Below are positions 9,563-20,945 of a stretch of DNA of 64,000 nt, piece after piece. Source of the DNA: an uncultured Alphaproteobacteria bacterium (lineage in GTDB: Bacteria > Pseudomonadota > Alphaproteobacteria > CAAGCB01 > CAG-977); the NCBI GenBank assembly GCA_944392845.1, contig CALXYE010000132.1, forward strand, positions 725 through 64,724. Direction: 5' to 3'. The position numbers and the translations under genes are program-made. Every line of letters begins with the position of its first letter. The first letter of the stretch is position 1. Under the pieces are notes generated by a model that was not told where the DNA came from, ran no database searches, and saw only the letters and a program-made list of their open reading frames with translations.

Positions 9563-12283
9563 TCAGTCGGTTTCCGCCAGTTTTTTCAGTTCGTACAAAG
9601 CGTCCAAAGCCTGTCTGGGCGTCAGGTCGTCGGGGCACACGGCTTTCAGCTTTTCCAAAAGGGCGGACGGCGTTCGGGAACGTTCTTCTTCTTCGCTTCG
9701 TTCATGCTCTTCGTCGGCTTTTTTCTTGACAAGAGCGAACAGGGGCAGGTCGTTCATAAAATCGATTTCGTAAGATCCCTTCTTTTCCATTTGAACCAAT
9801 ACCTGCTTGGCGCGGGCAATGACGGCGGGAGGCAGTCCCGCCAGCCGCCCGACGTGGATGCCGTAGGATCTGTCCGCCGCCCCTTTGACGACTTCGTGCA
9901 AAAAGACGACGTTTCCGCGCCATTCCTTGATGCGCATCGTGTACAAAGACAGCTGCGGCAGGCGTTCCGCCAGGGCGGTCAGCTCGTGGTAATGCGTTGC
10001 GAACAAGGCGCGGCATTTGTTCGTTTCATGCAAGTGTTCAACGACCGCCCAAGCGATGGACAAGCCGTCAAACGTTGCCGTGCCGCGTCCGATTTCGTCC
10101 AAGATGACCAAAGAGCGTTCCGTCGATTGGTTCAAGATGGCGGCCGTTTCGACCATTTCGACCATAAAGGTTGAGCGTCCGCGCGCCAGATCGTCCGCCG
10201 CGCCGACGCGGCTGAACAATTTGTCAATCATGCCGATATGCGCCGATTTCGCGGGAACGTACGACCCAGATTGCGCCATTACGGCGATCAGGGCGTTTTG
10301 GCGCAAAAAGGTGCTTTTACCCGCCATGTTCGGCCCCGTGATCAGCCACAAGCGTCCGTCATGCGTGTCGGGATTGCCCAAACGGCAGTCGTTACCGACG
10401 AAATCCGTTTCTCTCGCGGCTTTTAGGGCTTGTTCAACGACGGGATGGCGGCCTTTTTCGACGTCAAAGGCAAAACTGTCGTCCAAAACGGGACGGACGT
10501 AGCCGTTTTCTTCGGCGACCTGAGCCAGACCGCAGGCAACGTCCAGCATCGCCAAAGCGTGCGCCGTCCCCGCAATTTGCGACGCGGCGGATAGGACCGC
10601 GCCGACTAAATCGGCGAACAGGTTTAATTCCAAAGCCAGCGCCTTTTCTCCGACGCCGCGCAACTTCGTTTCCAGTTCGGACAGCTCGACCGTCGTGAAA
10701 CGGACGGCGTTTGCCATCGTTTGGCGGTGCAGAAAGATTGAGGTGCCGTTTCGGGCGTCTTCCAGCATTTGTTTGGCGTTTTTGGCCGTTACTTCAATGT
10801 AGTAGCCCAGAATGTTGTTGTGAGAGATCTTTAAGGGGACTTTGGCGGCGTCGCAATATTTGGACTGCAGTTCGGCGATCAGGCGGCGGCTTTCGTCGCG
10901 CAGTTCTTTCAATTCATCCAGTTCTTTAGAGTATCCGGGGGCGATGAAACCGCCGTCGCGCGCCAATAAGGGCAGATCGTCCGCCAAAGCGCGCTGTAAA
11001 CGGTCGGTCAGCGTTTCAAGAGGGTCAAGGGCGTTCAGGCAGTCTTCCAAGGATTTCGGCATTCCCGAAGTTTCCGCCGTTTTAATCAAAGAGTTTTTGA
11101 TGTCGGGAACCTGTTTCAAGGTGTCCCGCAACGCCGCCAGATCGCGGGGGCCTCCGCGTCCCAAAGACAGGCGGGACAAAGCGCGTTCCGTGTCGGGGCA
11201 TTGTTCGAAACGGTCGCGCAATTCGGCGCGCGCCAAAGGGTTTTGTACGAAAAAGGTAACGCGGTCGAGGCGTTTGTTGACGGCTTCGGCATCAGTCAGC
11301 GGCGCGGACAGGTAACGGCTGAGCAATCGGGCTCCCGCGCCCGTTACGGTGCGGTCAATCGCGGAGAACAGACTGGGGCTTTTTTCTCCGGACAATGAAC
11401 GGAAAAGCTCCAAATTTCGGCGCGTCGCGGCGTCAATTTCCATCAAACGCCCCGCGCTGAAACGGCGCAACGGGTTCAGGCGCGGCATTTGCCCTTTTTG
11501 GGTCAGTTCGACGTAATCGACCAGCGCGCCCGCCGCGGCCAGTTCGCTTTTGTTGAAGGCGCCGAAAGAATCAAGCGTGCCGACCTTGAAAAACGCTTCC
11601 AGGCGCTTTTGTCCGTTTTCGGGATTGAAACGCGACGGCGGCAGAGGAGTCAGAGCGGCTTTCCAATCGTTGAAGACTTCAAAGAATTCGGGCGTCTGAA
11701 GGATTTTTTCCGAAACGATGATTTCTTTGGGATCCAAACGGGACAATCCTGCCGCCAGATTGACGGCTTTGCGGGCGGGCAGGGTCTGAACGGCGAAATC
11801 GCCCGTCGAAACGTCAACCCACGCCATGCCCATGCCTTCGTTCGTTTCCGTCAGCGATACCAGATAATTACAGGCGCGGGCTTCCAAAATGTTGTCTTCC
11901 GTCAGCGTCCCCGGCGTAATCAGGCGGATGACGTCGCGGTTGACTAACGCCGTTGAACCGCGCAGGCGGCGGGCTTCGGCGGGGTCTTCGGTCTGTTCGC
12001 AAATAGCAACCTTGAAGCCTTTGCGGATCAGGCGGGACAGATACATCTCGTGAGAATGGACGGGAACGCCGCACATCGGAATGTCCTTGCCGTTGTTTTT
12101 GCCCCGTTTCGTCAAAGCGATGTCCAGAGCGGCGGCCGCCTTGACGGCGTCGTCAAAGAACATTTCGTAAAAATCGCCCATGCGGTAAAACAACAGATAA
12201 CCTTCCGTCTGTTTTTTGATGGCGAAGTACTGTTCCATCATCGGCGTCATTTTTTCGGCTTTGTTTTGCTCTTTCTCGCTCAT
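9563..12283 (-). CDS. mutS: DNA mismatch repair protein MutS
   Basis: 906 aa. N-terminal mismatch-binding region ([13 protein letters not shown] ... GDFYE) and Walker [10 protein letters not shown]. Stop abuts the glnD start. Confidence 0.95.
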   Translation of the reverse strand: MSEKEQNKAEKMTPMMEQYFAIKKQTEGYLLFYRMGDFYEMFFDDAVKAAAALDIALTKRGKNNGKDIPMCGVPVHSHEMYLSRLIRKGFKVAICEQTEDPAEARRLRGSTALVNRDVIRLITPGTLTEDNILEARACNYLVSLTETNEGMGMAWVDVSTGDFAVQTLPARKAVNLAAGLSRLDPKEIIVSEKILQTPEFFEVFNDWKAALTPLPPSRFNPENGQKRLEAFFKVGTLDSFGAFNKSELAAAGALVDYVELTQKGQMPRLNPLRRFSAGRLMEIDAATRRNLELFRSLSGEKSPSLFSAIDRTVTGAGARLLSRYLSAPLTDAEAVNKRLDRVTFFVQNPLARAELRDRFEQCPDTERALSRLSLGRGGPRDLAALRDTLKQVPDIKNSLIKTAETSGMPKSLEDCLNALDPLETLTDRLQRALADDLPLLARDGGFIAPGYSKELDELKELRDESRRLIAELQSKYCDAAKVPLKISHNNILGYYIEVTAKNAKQMLEDARNGTSIFLHRQTMANAVRFTTVELSELETKLRGVGEKALALELNLFADLVGAVLSAASQIAGTAHALAMLDVACGLAQVAEENGYVRPVLDDSFAFDVEKGRHPVVEQALKAARETDFVGNDCRLGNPDTHDGRLWLITGPNMAGKSTFLRQNALIAVMAQSGSYVPAKSAHIGMIDKLFSRVGAADDLARGRSTFMVEMVETAAILNQSTERSLVILDEIGRGTATFDGLSIAWAVVEHLHETNKCRALFATHYHELTALAERLPQLSLYTMRIKEWRGNVVFLHEVVKGAADRSYGIHVGRLAGLPPAVIARAKQVLVQMEKKGSYEIDFMNDLPLFALVKKKADEEHERSEEEERSRTPSALLEKLKAVCPDDLTPRQALDALYELKKLAETD

Positions 12284-12357
12284 GAGAATTCACATCCCTT
12301 TTTATTTGTGGTATGGATAACATATCATTTTTACTTTTGGAATAAAGACGGAAAAAC

Positions 12358-13638
12358 ATGACGGAACAGAAAAAAACACTGGGTGAAGAATCCCTTATTT
12401 TGCATGCGTCGGGAAAACCCGGAAAGATCGAAATCCGCGCGACGAAGCCCTTAAATACGCAAAAAGATTTGGCTTTGGCGTATTCCCCCGGCGTTGCGGC
12501 GCCGTGTCTGGAAATCGCGAAAGACGCTTCTAAGGCATATGCCTATACGGATAAGGGAAATACGGTGGCGGTCGTGTCAAACGGCACGGCGGTCTTAGGG
12601 CTGGGAAATATCGGCGCTTTGGCGTCCAAGCCCGTCATGGAGGGAAAGGCCGTTCTGTTCAAAAGGTTCGGCGACGTTGACGCCGTTGACGTCGAGATTG
12701 ATTCCGAAGACCCCGATAAAGTCGTTGAAACGACGGCGCTGATCGCATCGGGTTTCGGCGGCATCAATTTGGAAGACATTAAAGCGCCCGAATGTTTTTA
12801 TATCGAAAAAGAATTGCGTTCAAGACTCGGCATTCCCGTTTTTCATGACGACCAGCACGGTACGGCGATCGTCGTCGCGGCGGCTTTGCTGAACGGGTTG
12901 GAGCTGACGGGAAAAAAGATAGAAGACGTCAAAGTCGTCGTCAACGGCGCGGGGGCGGCGGCAATTGCGTGTTCTTCGCTGATCCGTTCCTTAGGCGTGA
13001 AGCATATCGTTATGTGCGATACCAAAGGCGTGATCTATAAAGGGCGTTCCGCGGGAATGAACCCGTGGAAGGAAACGTTTGCCGCCGAAACGGAAGCCCG
13101 TACGCTGGCCGAAGCCGTTAAAGGCGCCGACGTGTTTTTGGGCCTGTCCGTCAAGGGCGTTTTGACGGGCGACATGGTTAAAACGATGGCGGCCCGGCCG
13201 ATGATCTTTGCCATGGCGAATCCCGATCCCGAAATCACGCCCGACGAGGCGCATGCCGCCGTTTCCGACGCGATTGTCGCGACGGGGCGTTCCGATTATC
13301 CGAACCAGATTAACAATATTTTGGGCTTTCCCTATATCTTCCGCGGCGCTTTGGACGTTCGCGCTTCAACGGTCAACGAAGAAATGAAGCTGGCGGCCGC
13401 GCATGCCTTGGCCGAATTGGCCCGCCGTCCCGTTCCCGAAGAGGTGAAGAAGGCTTATCGCGGCAAGGATCTGTCTTTCGGCCCCGAATACATCATTCCC
13501 GTGCCGTTTGATCCGCGTTTGATCGAGGTCGTGCCGCCCGCAATCGCGAAGGCCGCGGCGGATACGGGCGTCGCGCGCAAGCCGATCGCCGATTTTGCCG
13601 CTTATGCCGAAGCGCTGAAGGCTCGTTTGAAAGGATAG
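12358..13638 (+). CDS. NAD(P)-dependent malic enzyme (short form, no PTA domain)
   Basis: 426 aa. Malic enzyme N-terminal and NAD-binding domains ([24 protein letters not shown]). Confidence 0.85.
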   Translation: MTEQKKTLGEESLILHASGKPGKIEIRATKPLNTQKDLALAYSPGVAAPCLEIAKDASKAYAYTDKGNTVAVVSNGTAVLGLGNIGALASKPVMEGKAVLFKRFGDVDAVDVEIDSEDPDKVVETTALIASGFGGINLEDIKAPECFYIEKELRSRLGIPVFHDDQHGTAIVVAAALLNGLELTGKKIEDVKVVVNGAGAAAIACSSLIRSLGVKHIVMCDTKGVIYKGRSAGMNPWKETFAAETEARTLAEAVKGADVFLGLSVKGVLTGDMVKTMAARPMIFAMANPDPEITPDEAHAAVSDAIVATGRSDYPNQINNILGFPYIFRGALDVRASTVNEEMKLAAAHALAELARRPVPEEVKKAYRGKDLSFGPEYIIPVPFDPRLIEVVPPAIAKAAADTGVARKPIADFAAYAEALKARLKG

Positions 13639-13641
13639 CCG

Positions 13642-15117
13642 TTGTTCAAAAAAAAGGAAGAAGCGCCGCAAGTCGAACCGTTGTACCGCTTTTCGGAGCG
13701 CGTATTGACGGTTTGCGCGCCGTCGGCGATTATGCTGCTGGCGCTGGTCTGGGCCGGCGAGGTTCAGCCGGGGTCGGCGGTTGTCGGGTTCGGCATGGTC
13801 GTGTCGCTTACGATCGTTCTGACGCTTCCTTTTTTGACAAACCTGCAAAATCTGGCGCAGTATACGCATAAACTGGCGCAGGACGAAGACGTTTCCGAAA
13901 TACCTCAAATCGGGTCGGCGGATGACGAATCCGCCCGCATCGTCGCCGCAATCAACCAAATGCGCAATATTTGGACGTCCCGCGCGGAACAGCTGGAAGC
14001 GCAAACAATGTCCGACGCCGCCGTTTTGGACAGCCTGCCCGATCCGTTGCTGATGCTGGACGAAGACGGCATCGTAACGGGCGCGAATTTCGCCGCGCGC
14101 GGCTTTTTCGGGTTTAACGCCCGCAATAAAAAGCTGTCCGATTTGATCGAAGACGAAACGCTGTTGGCGGCGGCGGGGCGTATCCTTGATAAAAAATCGA
14201 AAAAGGAAACGCTGGAGATTTCCCTGCGCCAAAAGGTGTTTAATGCAAAGATTGAACGTTTGCCCGCCGAGGCAAAGGGCGGCGCGGTCGGCATTTTGGC
14301 TTTGTACGACATGACGGCGCAAAAACAGTTGGAACAAATGCAAGCGGACTTCGTCGCGAACGCCAGCCATGAATTGCGTACGCCTTTGTCCGTTTTGTCG
14401 GGGTTTATTGAAACGCTTCAGGGGCCTGCAAAGGATGATCCCAAAGCGCAGGAAGAGTTTTTAGGCATTATGAGCGTTCAGGCGCGGCGGATGTCGAAAC
14501 TGATTGAAAGTCTGTTGTCCCTGTCGCGAATACAAATGAACGAACATTCAAAGCCTTCCGATATTGTCGATATATGTGATATTTTGGCCGGCGTCCGCTT
14601 TGCTCTCGGCGCCAAAGCCGAAAAGAACGGCATGGAAATCGTTTTGAAATCCTGTCCGCCCGAAGCGCCGATTTTAGGCAATGCGGGCGAGTTGATGCAG
14701 GTATTTCAAAATATTACGGACAACGCTATCAAATACGGGCGTAAAGGAAGCGCGATAACGATATCGTGCCATACTGAAAACAATATGGATTTCCCCGATA
14801 TTCCTTCCGCCCGCCTGTTTTCCGTATCAATTCATAACAAGGGCGACCCGATTCCCGCGGAGGATCTGCCGCGGTTGTCGGAGCGGTTCTATCGCGTCGA
14901 CGCGACAAAAAATAAAGCGGTCGGAACGGGATTGGGGCTGGCGATCGTTCAACAGATATTAAAACGACACTGCGGCGCTTTTCGGGTTCGCAGTTCGGCG
15001 GAAGAAGGAACGGTGTTTACTGTTTTTCTTCCGATGGGGAATCGTGACCGTTCGGAGGAAAACGACGATTCAACAGGTACAGAAGCAGTAACCCGGGAAG
15101 GCTCAGAAAAGCCGTAA
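13642..15117 (+). CDS. PAS-containing sensor histidine kinase (PhoR-like HisKA)
   Basis: TTG start. TM region, PAS-like segment, H-box ANASHELRTPLSVLSGF, and HATPase_c G-boxes (GLGLAIVQ). Confidence 0.8.
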   Translation: MFKKKEEAPQVEPLYRFSERVLTVCAPSAIMLLALVWAGEVQPGSAVVGFGMVVSLTIVLTLPFLTNLQNLAQYTHKLAQDEDVSEIPQIGSADDESARIVAAINQMRNIWTSRAEQLEAQTMSDAAVLDSLPDPLLMLDEDGIVTGANFAARGFFGFNARNKKLSDLIEDETLLAAAGRILDKKSKKETLEISLRQKVFNAKIERLPAEAKGGAVGILALYDMTAQKQLEQMQADFVANASHELRTPLSVLSGFIETLQGPAKDDPKAQEEFLGIMSVQARRMSKLIESLLSLSRIQMNEHSKPSDIVDICDILAGVRFALGAKAEKNGMEIVLKSCPPEAPILGNAGELMQVFQNITDNAIKYGRKGSAITISCHTENNMDFPDIPSARLFSVSIHNKGDPIPAEDLPRLSERFYRVDATKNKAVGTGLGLAIVQQILKRHCGAFRVRSSAEEGTVFTVFLPMGNRDRSEENDDSTGTEAVTREGSEKP

Positions 15118-16294
15118 AAACAAAAAACGACGGCCATCCCATGGCGACGACCAGCCATCCGCTTCCCGAAGACAGCAAATCGCGGGGCAAAGCCGTTAAC
15201 GAGCTTAATAACGCATACTGCGTCGCCGTATAGGCCGTATTGCACAGCGAGGACATATAAGCGACGAAAGCAGTCGTCGCCATTCCCGATGCCATGTTAT
15301 CCGATACGATTGACAGGCTCAGCCAAATCATGGAATTTCCGTTGAGCGATAAACCGGCGAACGGCAGGTTTGACAATCCCTGTAAAATGCCGCAGATGAT
15401 CAGGCTTTTGAACAGACCGAAACGCACGACCAACGCACCGCCCAAAAAACCGCCGCCGATCGTCGCGATCAATCCCCATACTTTAACGACGGAAGCGATT
15501 TCGGCGTTCGTAAAACCCAGTTCTTTATATAATTTCGGCGTGACCGTTCCGATCGTCGTTTCGCACAGTTTGTATGTGACAATGAATAAAACGATCAGCA
15601 TCCAGCCGGGATTTTTTAAAAAATCGCGGATCGGGGCGACAACGGCGTCGCGAAAGAAATTTTTTCCGTCTTTCGGAACAACCGTTTCGGAAGGATGCAG
15701 AGCCAGTACCGTTACGATGCCCAATATTCCCGATACCGCCAACGTTTCGTAAACGCGCGTCCAACCGATGACGTCGGAAAGGAACAATGCGCCCGCGCCC
15801 GCCGCCAGCATGCCGATACGATACCCGAAAATATACGAAGCCGCCGCAGCTGCCTGATCTTCTTTTTCAAAACATTCGATTCTCAAAGCGTCGAAAACAA
15901 TATCCTGCGATGCTGAAAAGAATGCCACGGCAACGGCAAAGGCTCCCGTCGCCGCGGGGTTTGCCGCGGGATCCGTGTGAATCAGCGCCGTCAGGCAAAA
16001 AATCAGACAAAACTGGAAAAAAACCGCCCAAGACCGCCGCTGTCCCAGACGCTTCGTCAAAAACGGCAGAGGCGTGCGGTCAATATAAGGCGCCCATAAA
16101 AACTTAAAACTGTAGGGCAGGCGAACCAGAGAAAACGCCGCGATTGCCTTGACGCTGACGCCGCAATCCGCCAGCCAGAAAGACAAAGTTGAAAAAATCA
16201 GAACGAAAGGCAGAGCGCTGAACATCCCCAAAACCGGCATCGCGACCATTTTCGGGTTGCGATACACGGCGAAAGAAGATTTCCAGCTTTTCAT
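15017..16294 (-). CDS. ampG: AmpG-family muropeptide permease (MFS)
   Basis: 12-TM MFS. AmpG signature YSFKFLWAPYIDR ... LGQRRSW. Confidence 0.75.
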   Translation of the reverse strand: MKSWKSSFAVYRNPKMVAMPVLGMFSALPFVLIFSTLSFWLADCGVSVKAIAAFSLVRLPYSFKFLWAPYIDRTPLPFLTKRLGQRRSWAVFFQFCLIFCLTALIHTDPAANPAATGAFAVAVAFFSASQDIVFDALRIECFEKEDQAAAAASYIFGYRIGMLAAGAGALFLSDVIGWTRVYETLAVSGILGIVTVLALHPSETVVPKDGKNFFRDAVVAPIRDFLKNPGWMLIVLFIVTYKLCETTIGTVTPKLYKELGFTNAEIASVVKVWGLIATIGGGFLGGALVVRFGLFKSLIICGILQGLSNLPFAGLSLNGNSMIWLSLSIVSDNMASGMATTAFVAYMSSLCNTAYTATQYALLSSLTALPRDLLSSGSGWLVVAMGWPSFFVFTAFLSLPGLLLLYLLNRRFPPNGHDSPSEEKQ

Positions 16295-16297
16295 GTC

Positions 16298-18118
16298 TTA
16301 ATCTTGAGACGCGGCTTTTGCGGCACGTTTGCGCAGGACGGGATCAAGGATCGTTTTGCGCAGGCGGAACGTTTTCGGGGTGACTTCAACCAGTTCGTCG
16401 TCCTGAATGTAGGACAAAGCGTCTTCCAGACTCATTTTAATCGGCGGCGTCAGCGTGACGGCGTCGTCTTTGCCCGCCGCGCGGATATTCGTCAGGTGCT
16501 TCGTTTTGACGGGATTAACCTCGATGTCGTTGCCTTTGGTGTGTTCGCCGATGATCATGCCTTCGTACACGTCAACGCCGGGTTCAATGAACATCGGGCC
16601 GCGGTCTTCCAATTTCCAAAGCGCGTAAGGCACGGCCTTTCCGTTGTCCGTTGAGATCATTACGCCCGTGCGGCGCGTCGGAATGGGGCCTTTGAACGGT
16701 TCGTAACTGTGAAACAGCTTGTTCATCACGCCCGTGCCGCAGGTGTCGGTCAAAAACTGCGAGTGATAGCCGATCAGTCCCCGCGAAGGCACAAGAAACG
16801 TCACGCGCGTCTTGTTGCCGCCCGAGGGACGCATGTCCGTCATTTCGGCGCGCCGTTCGCCCATCTTTTCGCAAACGACTCCGACGTATTCTTCGTCAAC
16901 GTCAATGACGACTTCTTCAATCGGTTCCAGCTTTTTGCCCGAAACGGGATCGGTCTGCATCAAAACGCGCGGACGGCTGATGGACAGCTCGAATCCTTCC
17001 CGACGCATCGTTTCAATCAGGATGCCCAGCTGCAACTCTCCGCGTCCCGCGACTTCAAAGGAATCCGTCGAGCTTGTGCGGGAAATACGCAACGCGACAT
17101 TGCCTTCGGCTTCCTTGGCCAAACGGTCCCAAATGACGCGGGACGTCACCTTGTCCCCGTCTTTACCCGCCAAGGGAGAGTTGTTAATTGAAAACGTCAT
17201 TGCCAGCGTCGGCGGATCAATCGGCTGGGCGGGGATGGGCTCCGTGACCGAAGGGTCGCACAACGTGTCCGCAACGGTGGCTTTCGTCATGCCCGCAATG
17301 GCGACGATATCGCCCGCCTGCGCTTCGTCCAGGCCGACGCGTTTTAATCCGCGAAAGGCCAGTATCTTGCTGACGCGGGAGTTTTCAAGCGTCTTTCCGT
17401 CGCGGGAAAGCGCCTTAACGACGGAATTGAGCTTGATTGACCCCGAATGAATCTTTCCCGTCAGAATGCGGCCGACGAACGGATCGTTTTCAATGGCGGT
17501 AACCAGGAAGGAAAACGGCGCGTACGGATCGCATTTCGGCGCGGGGACACATTCCATGATCATGTCGAACAGCGGAGCGATCGATTCGCGGGGGTCTTTG
17601 TCCAAATCTTTTACGGCCCAACCTTCGCGCCCCGAAGCGAACAGAACGGGGAAATCAAGCTGTTCGTCGGTCGCGTCCAGAGAAGCGAACAAATCGAACA
17701 CTTCGTTATAAACCTCCATCGGGCGGGCATCGGGACGGTCAACCTTGTTGATGACGACAATCGGTTTCAGTCCGATCTTCAACGCTTTGCCGACGACGAA
17801 TTTCGTTTGAGGCAAAGGGCCTTCCGCCGCATCAACCAAAACGATCGCGCCGTCCACCATGTCGAGGATGCGTTCGACCTCGCCGCCGAAATCGGCGTGT
17901 CCCGGAGTGTCAACAATGTTGAACCGCGCGCCTTTCCATTCGACGGAGGTGCATTTTGCCAGAATCGTGATGCCTCTTTCGCGCTCCAGATCATTCGAAT
18001 CCAAAGCGCGTTCCGCAACGACCTGATTATCGCGGAAAGTGCCGCTTTGGCGCAGCATGGTATCGACCAGTGTTGTTTTGCCGTGGTCGACGTGGGCAAT
18101 GATGGCAACGTTACGCAT
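16298..18118 (-). CDS. typA: Translational GTPase TypA/BipA
   Basis: [11 protein letters not shown]1 and DTPGHADF G3 motifs. 606 aa EF-G-like architecture. Confidence 0.95.
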   Translation of the reverse strand: MRNVAIIAHVDHGKTTLVDTMLRQSGTFRDNQVVAERALDSNDLERERGITILAKCTSVEWKGARFNIVDTPGHADFGGEVERILDMVDGAIVLVDAAEGPLPQTKFVVGKALKIGLKPIVVINKVDRPDARPMEVYNEVFDLFASLDATDEQLDFPVLFASGREGWAVKDLDKDPRESIAPLFDMIMECVPAPKCDPYAPFSFLVTAIENDPFVGRILTGKIHSGSIKLNSVVKALSRDGKTLENSRVSKILAFRGLKRVGLDEAQAGDIVAIAGMTKATVADTLCDPSVTEPIPAQPIDPPTLAMTFSINNSPLAGKDGDKVTSRVIWDRLAKEAEGNVALRISRTSSTDSFEVAGRGELQLGILIETMRREGFELSISRPRVLMQTDPVSGKKLEPIEEVVIDVDEEYVGVVCEKMGERRAEMTDMRPSGGNKTRVTFLVPSRGLIGYHSQFLTDTCGTGVMNKLFHSYEPFKGPIPTRRTGVMISTDNGKAVPYALWKLEDRGPMFIEPGVDVYEGMIIGEHTKGNDIEVNPVKTKHLTNIRAAGKDDAVTLTPPIKMSLEDALSYIQDDELVEVTPKTFRLRKTILDPVLRKRAAKAASQD

Positions 18119-18160
18119 GGACAGTCTTCTTTAAAAAATCAAGACAAAACTCAAGTACTG

Positions 18161-18189
18161 CTTTTATGTACTTTTCGCCTTTTTGTCAA
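18161..18189 (-). promoter_or_regulatory. Putative sigma70-type promoter for typA
   Basis: On the minus strand: TTGACA, 17-nt spacer, TAAAAG. About 45 nt upstream of the typA ATG. Confidence 0.3.
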
Positions 18190-18328
18190 TTCCCGAGCAG
18201 TGTTTTTTATGGTTTTCGGCACTGCCGCTACAGGGAGAATTCAATAAAAACTCCGACAAAAGTCAATAAATCGCGGTTTGCGATTTCTTAAGGACGGATT
18301 GTATGTAAATCTTTCGATTCCGAAACAT

Positions 18329-18367
18329 AAAGCTAACGTTTTTTAAACGTTAGCTTTTATTTTGCGG
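18329..18367. terminator. Perfect 13-bp palindromic hairpin (AAAGCUAACGUUU-UUU-AAACGUUAGCUUU) overlapping the stop codon of the PfkB kinase gene
   Basis: Seen directly in the sequence. A T-tract follows on the plus strand. It probably acts as the pfkB terminator and/or typA upstream insulator. Confidence 0.55.
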
Positions 18368-19374
18368 TCAATCAGGTCGCGCAACGGCGTTTCGGGTCTG
18401 GCTCCGTAATGAGAGATAACCTCTGCGGCGGAAAGCGCCCCCATTTGCAAACATTCGGACACGGGACGGTTTTGGGCGTATCCCGTCAGGAACCCCGCGG
18501 CGAACAAATCGCCCGCGCCCGTCGTGTCGATAACTTTTACGATCGGTTCGGCGGGAACTTCGAAACGTTCTTCGCCTTTGACGGCAACGGCGCCTTTTTC
18601 TCCGCGCGTCACGACGACCAGTTCGCATAAAGTCTTGCAGCGTTCAAACGCTTCTTCGGGATCGTTGACGCCGAATAACGCCAGAATTTCGTCTTCGTTG
18701 CAAAAAACGATGTCAACGCCGCTTTTTATCAGGCTGACGAAGCTGTCGCGGTGGCGGTTGACGCAGTACGGATCGGACAGCGACAAAGCCACCTTTCGCC
18801 CGTGCTTGTGCGCCAGTTCGACGGCATAGGCAAGCGCGTCCTTGGCTTCTTCCCTGTCCCAAAGGTAGCCTTCCATATAAACGATCTTTGCCTGGCGGAT
18901 CAGTTCTTCGTCAATATCCTTGCGGGAAAGTTTCGCGCATGCCCCCAGATAGGTGTTCATCGTGCGTTGGGCGTCGGGGCTGACGATGACCATGCAACGC
19001 GCCGTCGGCCGTTCGTTTTCCAGGCACGGAGTCGAAAAGTGGACGCCCGATTTTGTAATGTCTTCGCGGAAAACGCTTCCCAGTTTGTCGTCGGCGACCT
19101 TGCCGATAAAAGCGGGTTTGCCTCCTAAGGCGGCGACTCCGACGGCGGTATTGGCGGCGGATCCTCCCGAACATTCGCGGCCGACTCCGGCAATACGGCC
19201 GTAGATGATTTCCGCCAGATTTGCATCCACAAGGGTCATAACGCCCTTGGGCATATTATGTTCCTTTAGAAATTCATCGTCCATGCTCGCCAAAACGTCA
19301 ACGATGGCGTTCCCGATCGCCACAACGTCAAAACGCGCCATTGCATCCATGTCAAAAACTCCGAGAGGGGACAA
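18343..19374 (-). CDS. PfkB-family carbohydrate/adenosine kinase
   Basis: Ribokinase-like fold with the C-terminal DTTGAGDLFAAGFL anion-hole motif. N-terminal AIGNAIVDVL. Confidence 0.8.
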   Translation of the reverse strand: MSPLGVFDMDAMARFDVVAIGNAIVDVLASMDDEFLKEHNMPKGVMTLVDANLAEIIYGRIAGVGRECSGGSAANTAVGVAALGGKPAFIGKVADDKLGSVFREDITKSGVHFSTPCLENERPTARCMVIVSPDAQRTMNTYLGACAKLSRKDIDEELIRQAKIVYMEGYLWDREEAKDALAYAVELAHKHGRKVALSLSDPYCVNRHRDSFVSLIKSGVDIVFCNEDEILALFGVNDPEEAFERCKTLCELVVVTRGEKGAVAVKGEERFEVPAEPIVKVIDTTGAGDLFAAGFLTGYAQNRPVSECLQMGALSAAEVISHYGARPETPLRDLIDRKIKANV

Positions 19375-19448
19375 AAAGCAAAAAAGCAGTATAAAGAATG
19401 TTTCGTTTCATACAAGAGTCTGTTACAAAAAAATAAATAATTTATAGG

Positions 19449-20129
19449 GTGAAAACGATGTTAAACGCATTAAAAAAAGCATTTTCGGATGTTTTTAAAC
19501 GCAATATCCGCGGATTGTTGTGGGCGACGGTCTTTATTACGCTGGTATTGTTCGGACTTCTTTTTTTCGGGTTTTCGGAGCTGTCGCGTTATTGGCAAAT
19601 CAAGGACATGCCCTATATGTCGGCTATTATCAACGCCGTCGGGGTTTTGGCCTTTTTTGTTTTGGCGCTGTTTTTATTTCCGCCCGTCGCGACGTTTGTC
19701 GCGGGTTTTTTTATGGATACGGCGGTCGAACGTCTGGAAGCCGAAAACAAAAACCTGCCGCTTCGCGCCGTTCCGTTGGCGGAAAGCGTGAAAATGTCCG
19801 GAGTCGCAATGGCCAAAAGCGTTTTGACGTCTTCCGTCCTCGTTCCGATGAGCTTTGTTCCGATATTTACGCTGATTACGCCGATTTTGTTTTATTTTTT
19901 TAACGGCCGCCTGTTTGCCCGCGAATATTTTTTTACCGTGGCGTTGCGTTACCAAGATTATGAAAAGACGGAAAAAATGTTTCGCGATCATCGGAATTAC
20001 TGGACGCTTGCAGGCGTCGTCATCGTTTTTTTGATGACAATTCCCCTGATAAATATAATATCTCCGTTAGTCGCCGTTGCATTTATGCAGAATCTGTTTT
20101 TGGAAAAACGGAAAGGAATGAAACAGTGA
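19449..20129 (+). CDS. EI24/CysZ-like integral membrane protein
   Basis: 226 aa with 4-5 TM helices and overall resemblance to the EI24/CysZ family. Weak assignment. Confidence 0.45.
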   Translation: MKTMLNALKKAFSDVFKRNIRGLLWATVFITLVLFGLLFFGFSELSRYWQIKDMPYMSAIINAVGVLAFFVLALFLFPPVATFVAGFFMDTAVERLEAENKNLPLRAVPLAESVKMSGVAMAKSVLTSSVLVPMSFVPIFTLITPILFYFFNGRLFAREYFFTVALRYQDYEKTEKMFRDHRNYWTLAGVVIVFLMTIPLINIISPLVAVAFMQNLFLEKRKGMKQ

Positions 20130-20494
20130 AACGCGTCTTTTATGCTTTGTTGGCCGTTTTAACGGCGTGTTCCAACGTTCCGCAGGAACTGCCCGTCGTT
20201 GCGGAAGAAGCGTTGCCCAAGCCCGTGAACGGAGCCGCCGTCAAGCCGCGCCGCCCGATTATTTTGAATGCGGACAGGATACTGAGCGTTTTGGGCGAAC
20301 CGACGGTTCGACGCTTTGAGGCTCCGTCCGAAGTTTGGGTCTACTCCCAACCGTCGTGCGTTTTGTTCATTTATATGAACGACAAGGGCGAACCTTCGCC
20401 GCGCGTCAGACATATGGAAATCGGGACTCCGTCGTTCGGCATCCGTGAAAAACAGTCGGCGGATTGCCTGAAGTTGGCTTCCCGATTACGGTAA
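20126..20494 (+). CDS. Small lipoprotein, unknown function
   Basis: GTG start overlapping the upstream stop (GTGA). Signal peptide plus lipobox LTAC. Confidence 0.4.
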   Translation: MKRVFYALLAVLTACSNVPQELPVVAEEALPKPVNGAAVKPRRPIILNADRILSVLGEPTVRRFEAPSEVWVYSQPSCVLFIYMNDKGEPSPRVRHMEIGTPSFGIREKQSADCLKLASRLR

Positions 20495-20498
20495 GATA

Positions 20499-20533
20499 TG
20501 AAAAAGGCGCCCGAAACGGACGCCTTTTGATTT
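20499..20533. terminator. Bidirectional terminator between convergent lipoprotein gene and trxA
   Basis: A-run, AAGGCG-11nt-CGCCUU, U-run. Confidence 0.5.
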
Positions 20534-20546
20534 TAAAAAGAATACG

Positions 20547-20861
20547 TCAAACGGCGCTTTGCAGCCATTCAAGGACTTTGGATTTCGGCATGCCGCCGAC
20601 TTTTGTGTCCACCGCTTCGCCGTTTTTGAACAGGATCATTGTCGGAATACTTCTGATACCGAAAGCCGTCGGCGTTTCGGGAGCTTCGTCAATGTCCATT
20701 TTAACGATCTTTAATTTGCCTTCCATTTCGTTTGCGATTTCTTCCAAAACGGGGCCCAGCTGACGGCAGGGGCCGCACCATTGCGCAAAAAAATCGACCA
20801 GAACGGGGACGTCCGACTGTTTGACTTCGGTTTCAAATTCGCTGTCTTTGATGACTTTCAT
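20547..20861 (-). CDS. trxA: Thioredoxin
   Basis: WCGPC active site. 104 aa. Confidence 0.95.
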   Translation of the reverse strand: MKVIKDSEFETEVKQSDVPVLVDFFAQWCGPCRQLGPVLEEIANEMEGKLKIVKMDIDEAPETPTAFGIRSIPTMILFKNGEAVDTKVGGMPKSKVLEWLQSAV

Positions 20862-20945
20862 ATCCGTTTCCTTATTGTCAGGGTTTGTGAACCGTAAAAT
20901 AATTTAAGTTTCTTTCGGCGGCAGGTCAAGGAGTCCCGCAATTTT

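Noticed and set aside
9563-12283. Numerous 60-160-aa antisense or alternate-frame ORFs inside mutS, glnD, addA, addB, infB, pnp etc. (R/A/G/P-rich translations)
   Set aside because: These are typical GC-rich frame artefacts. They have no RBS and no domain signatures, and they fully overlap strongly supported genes.
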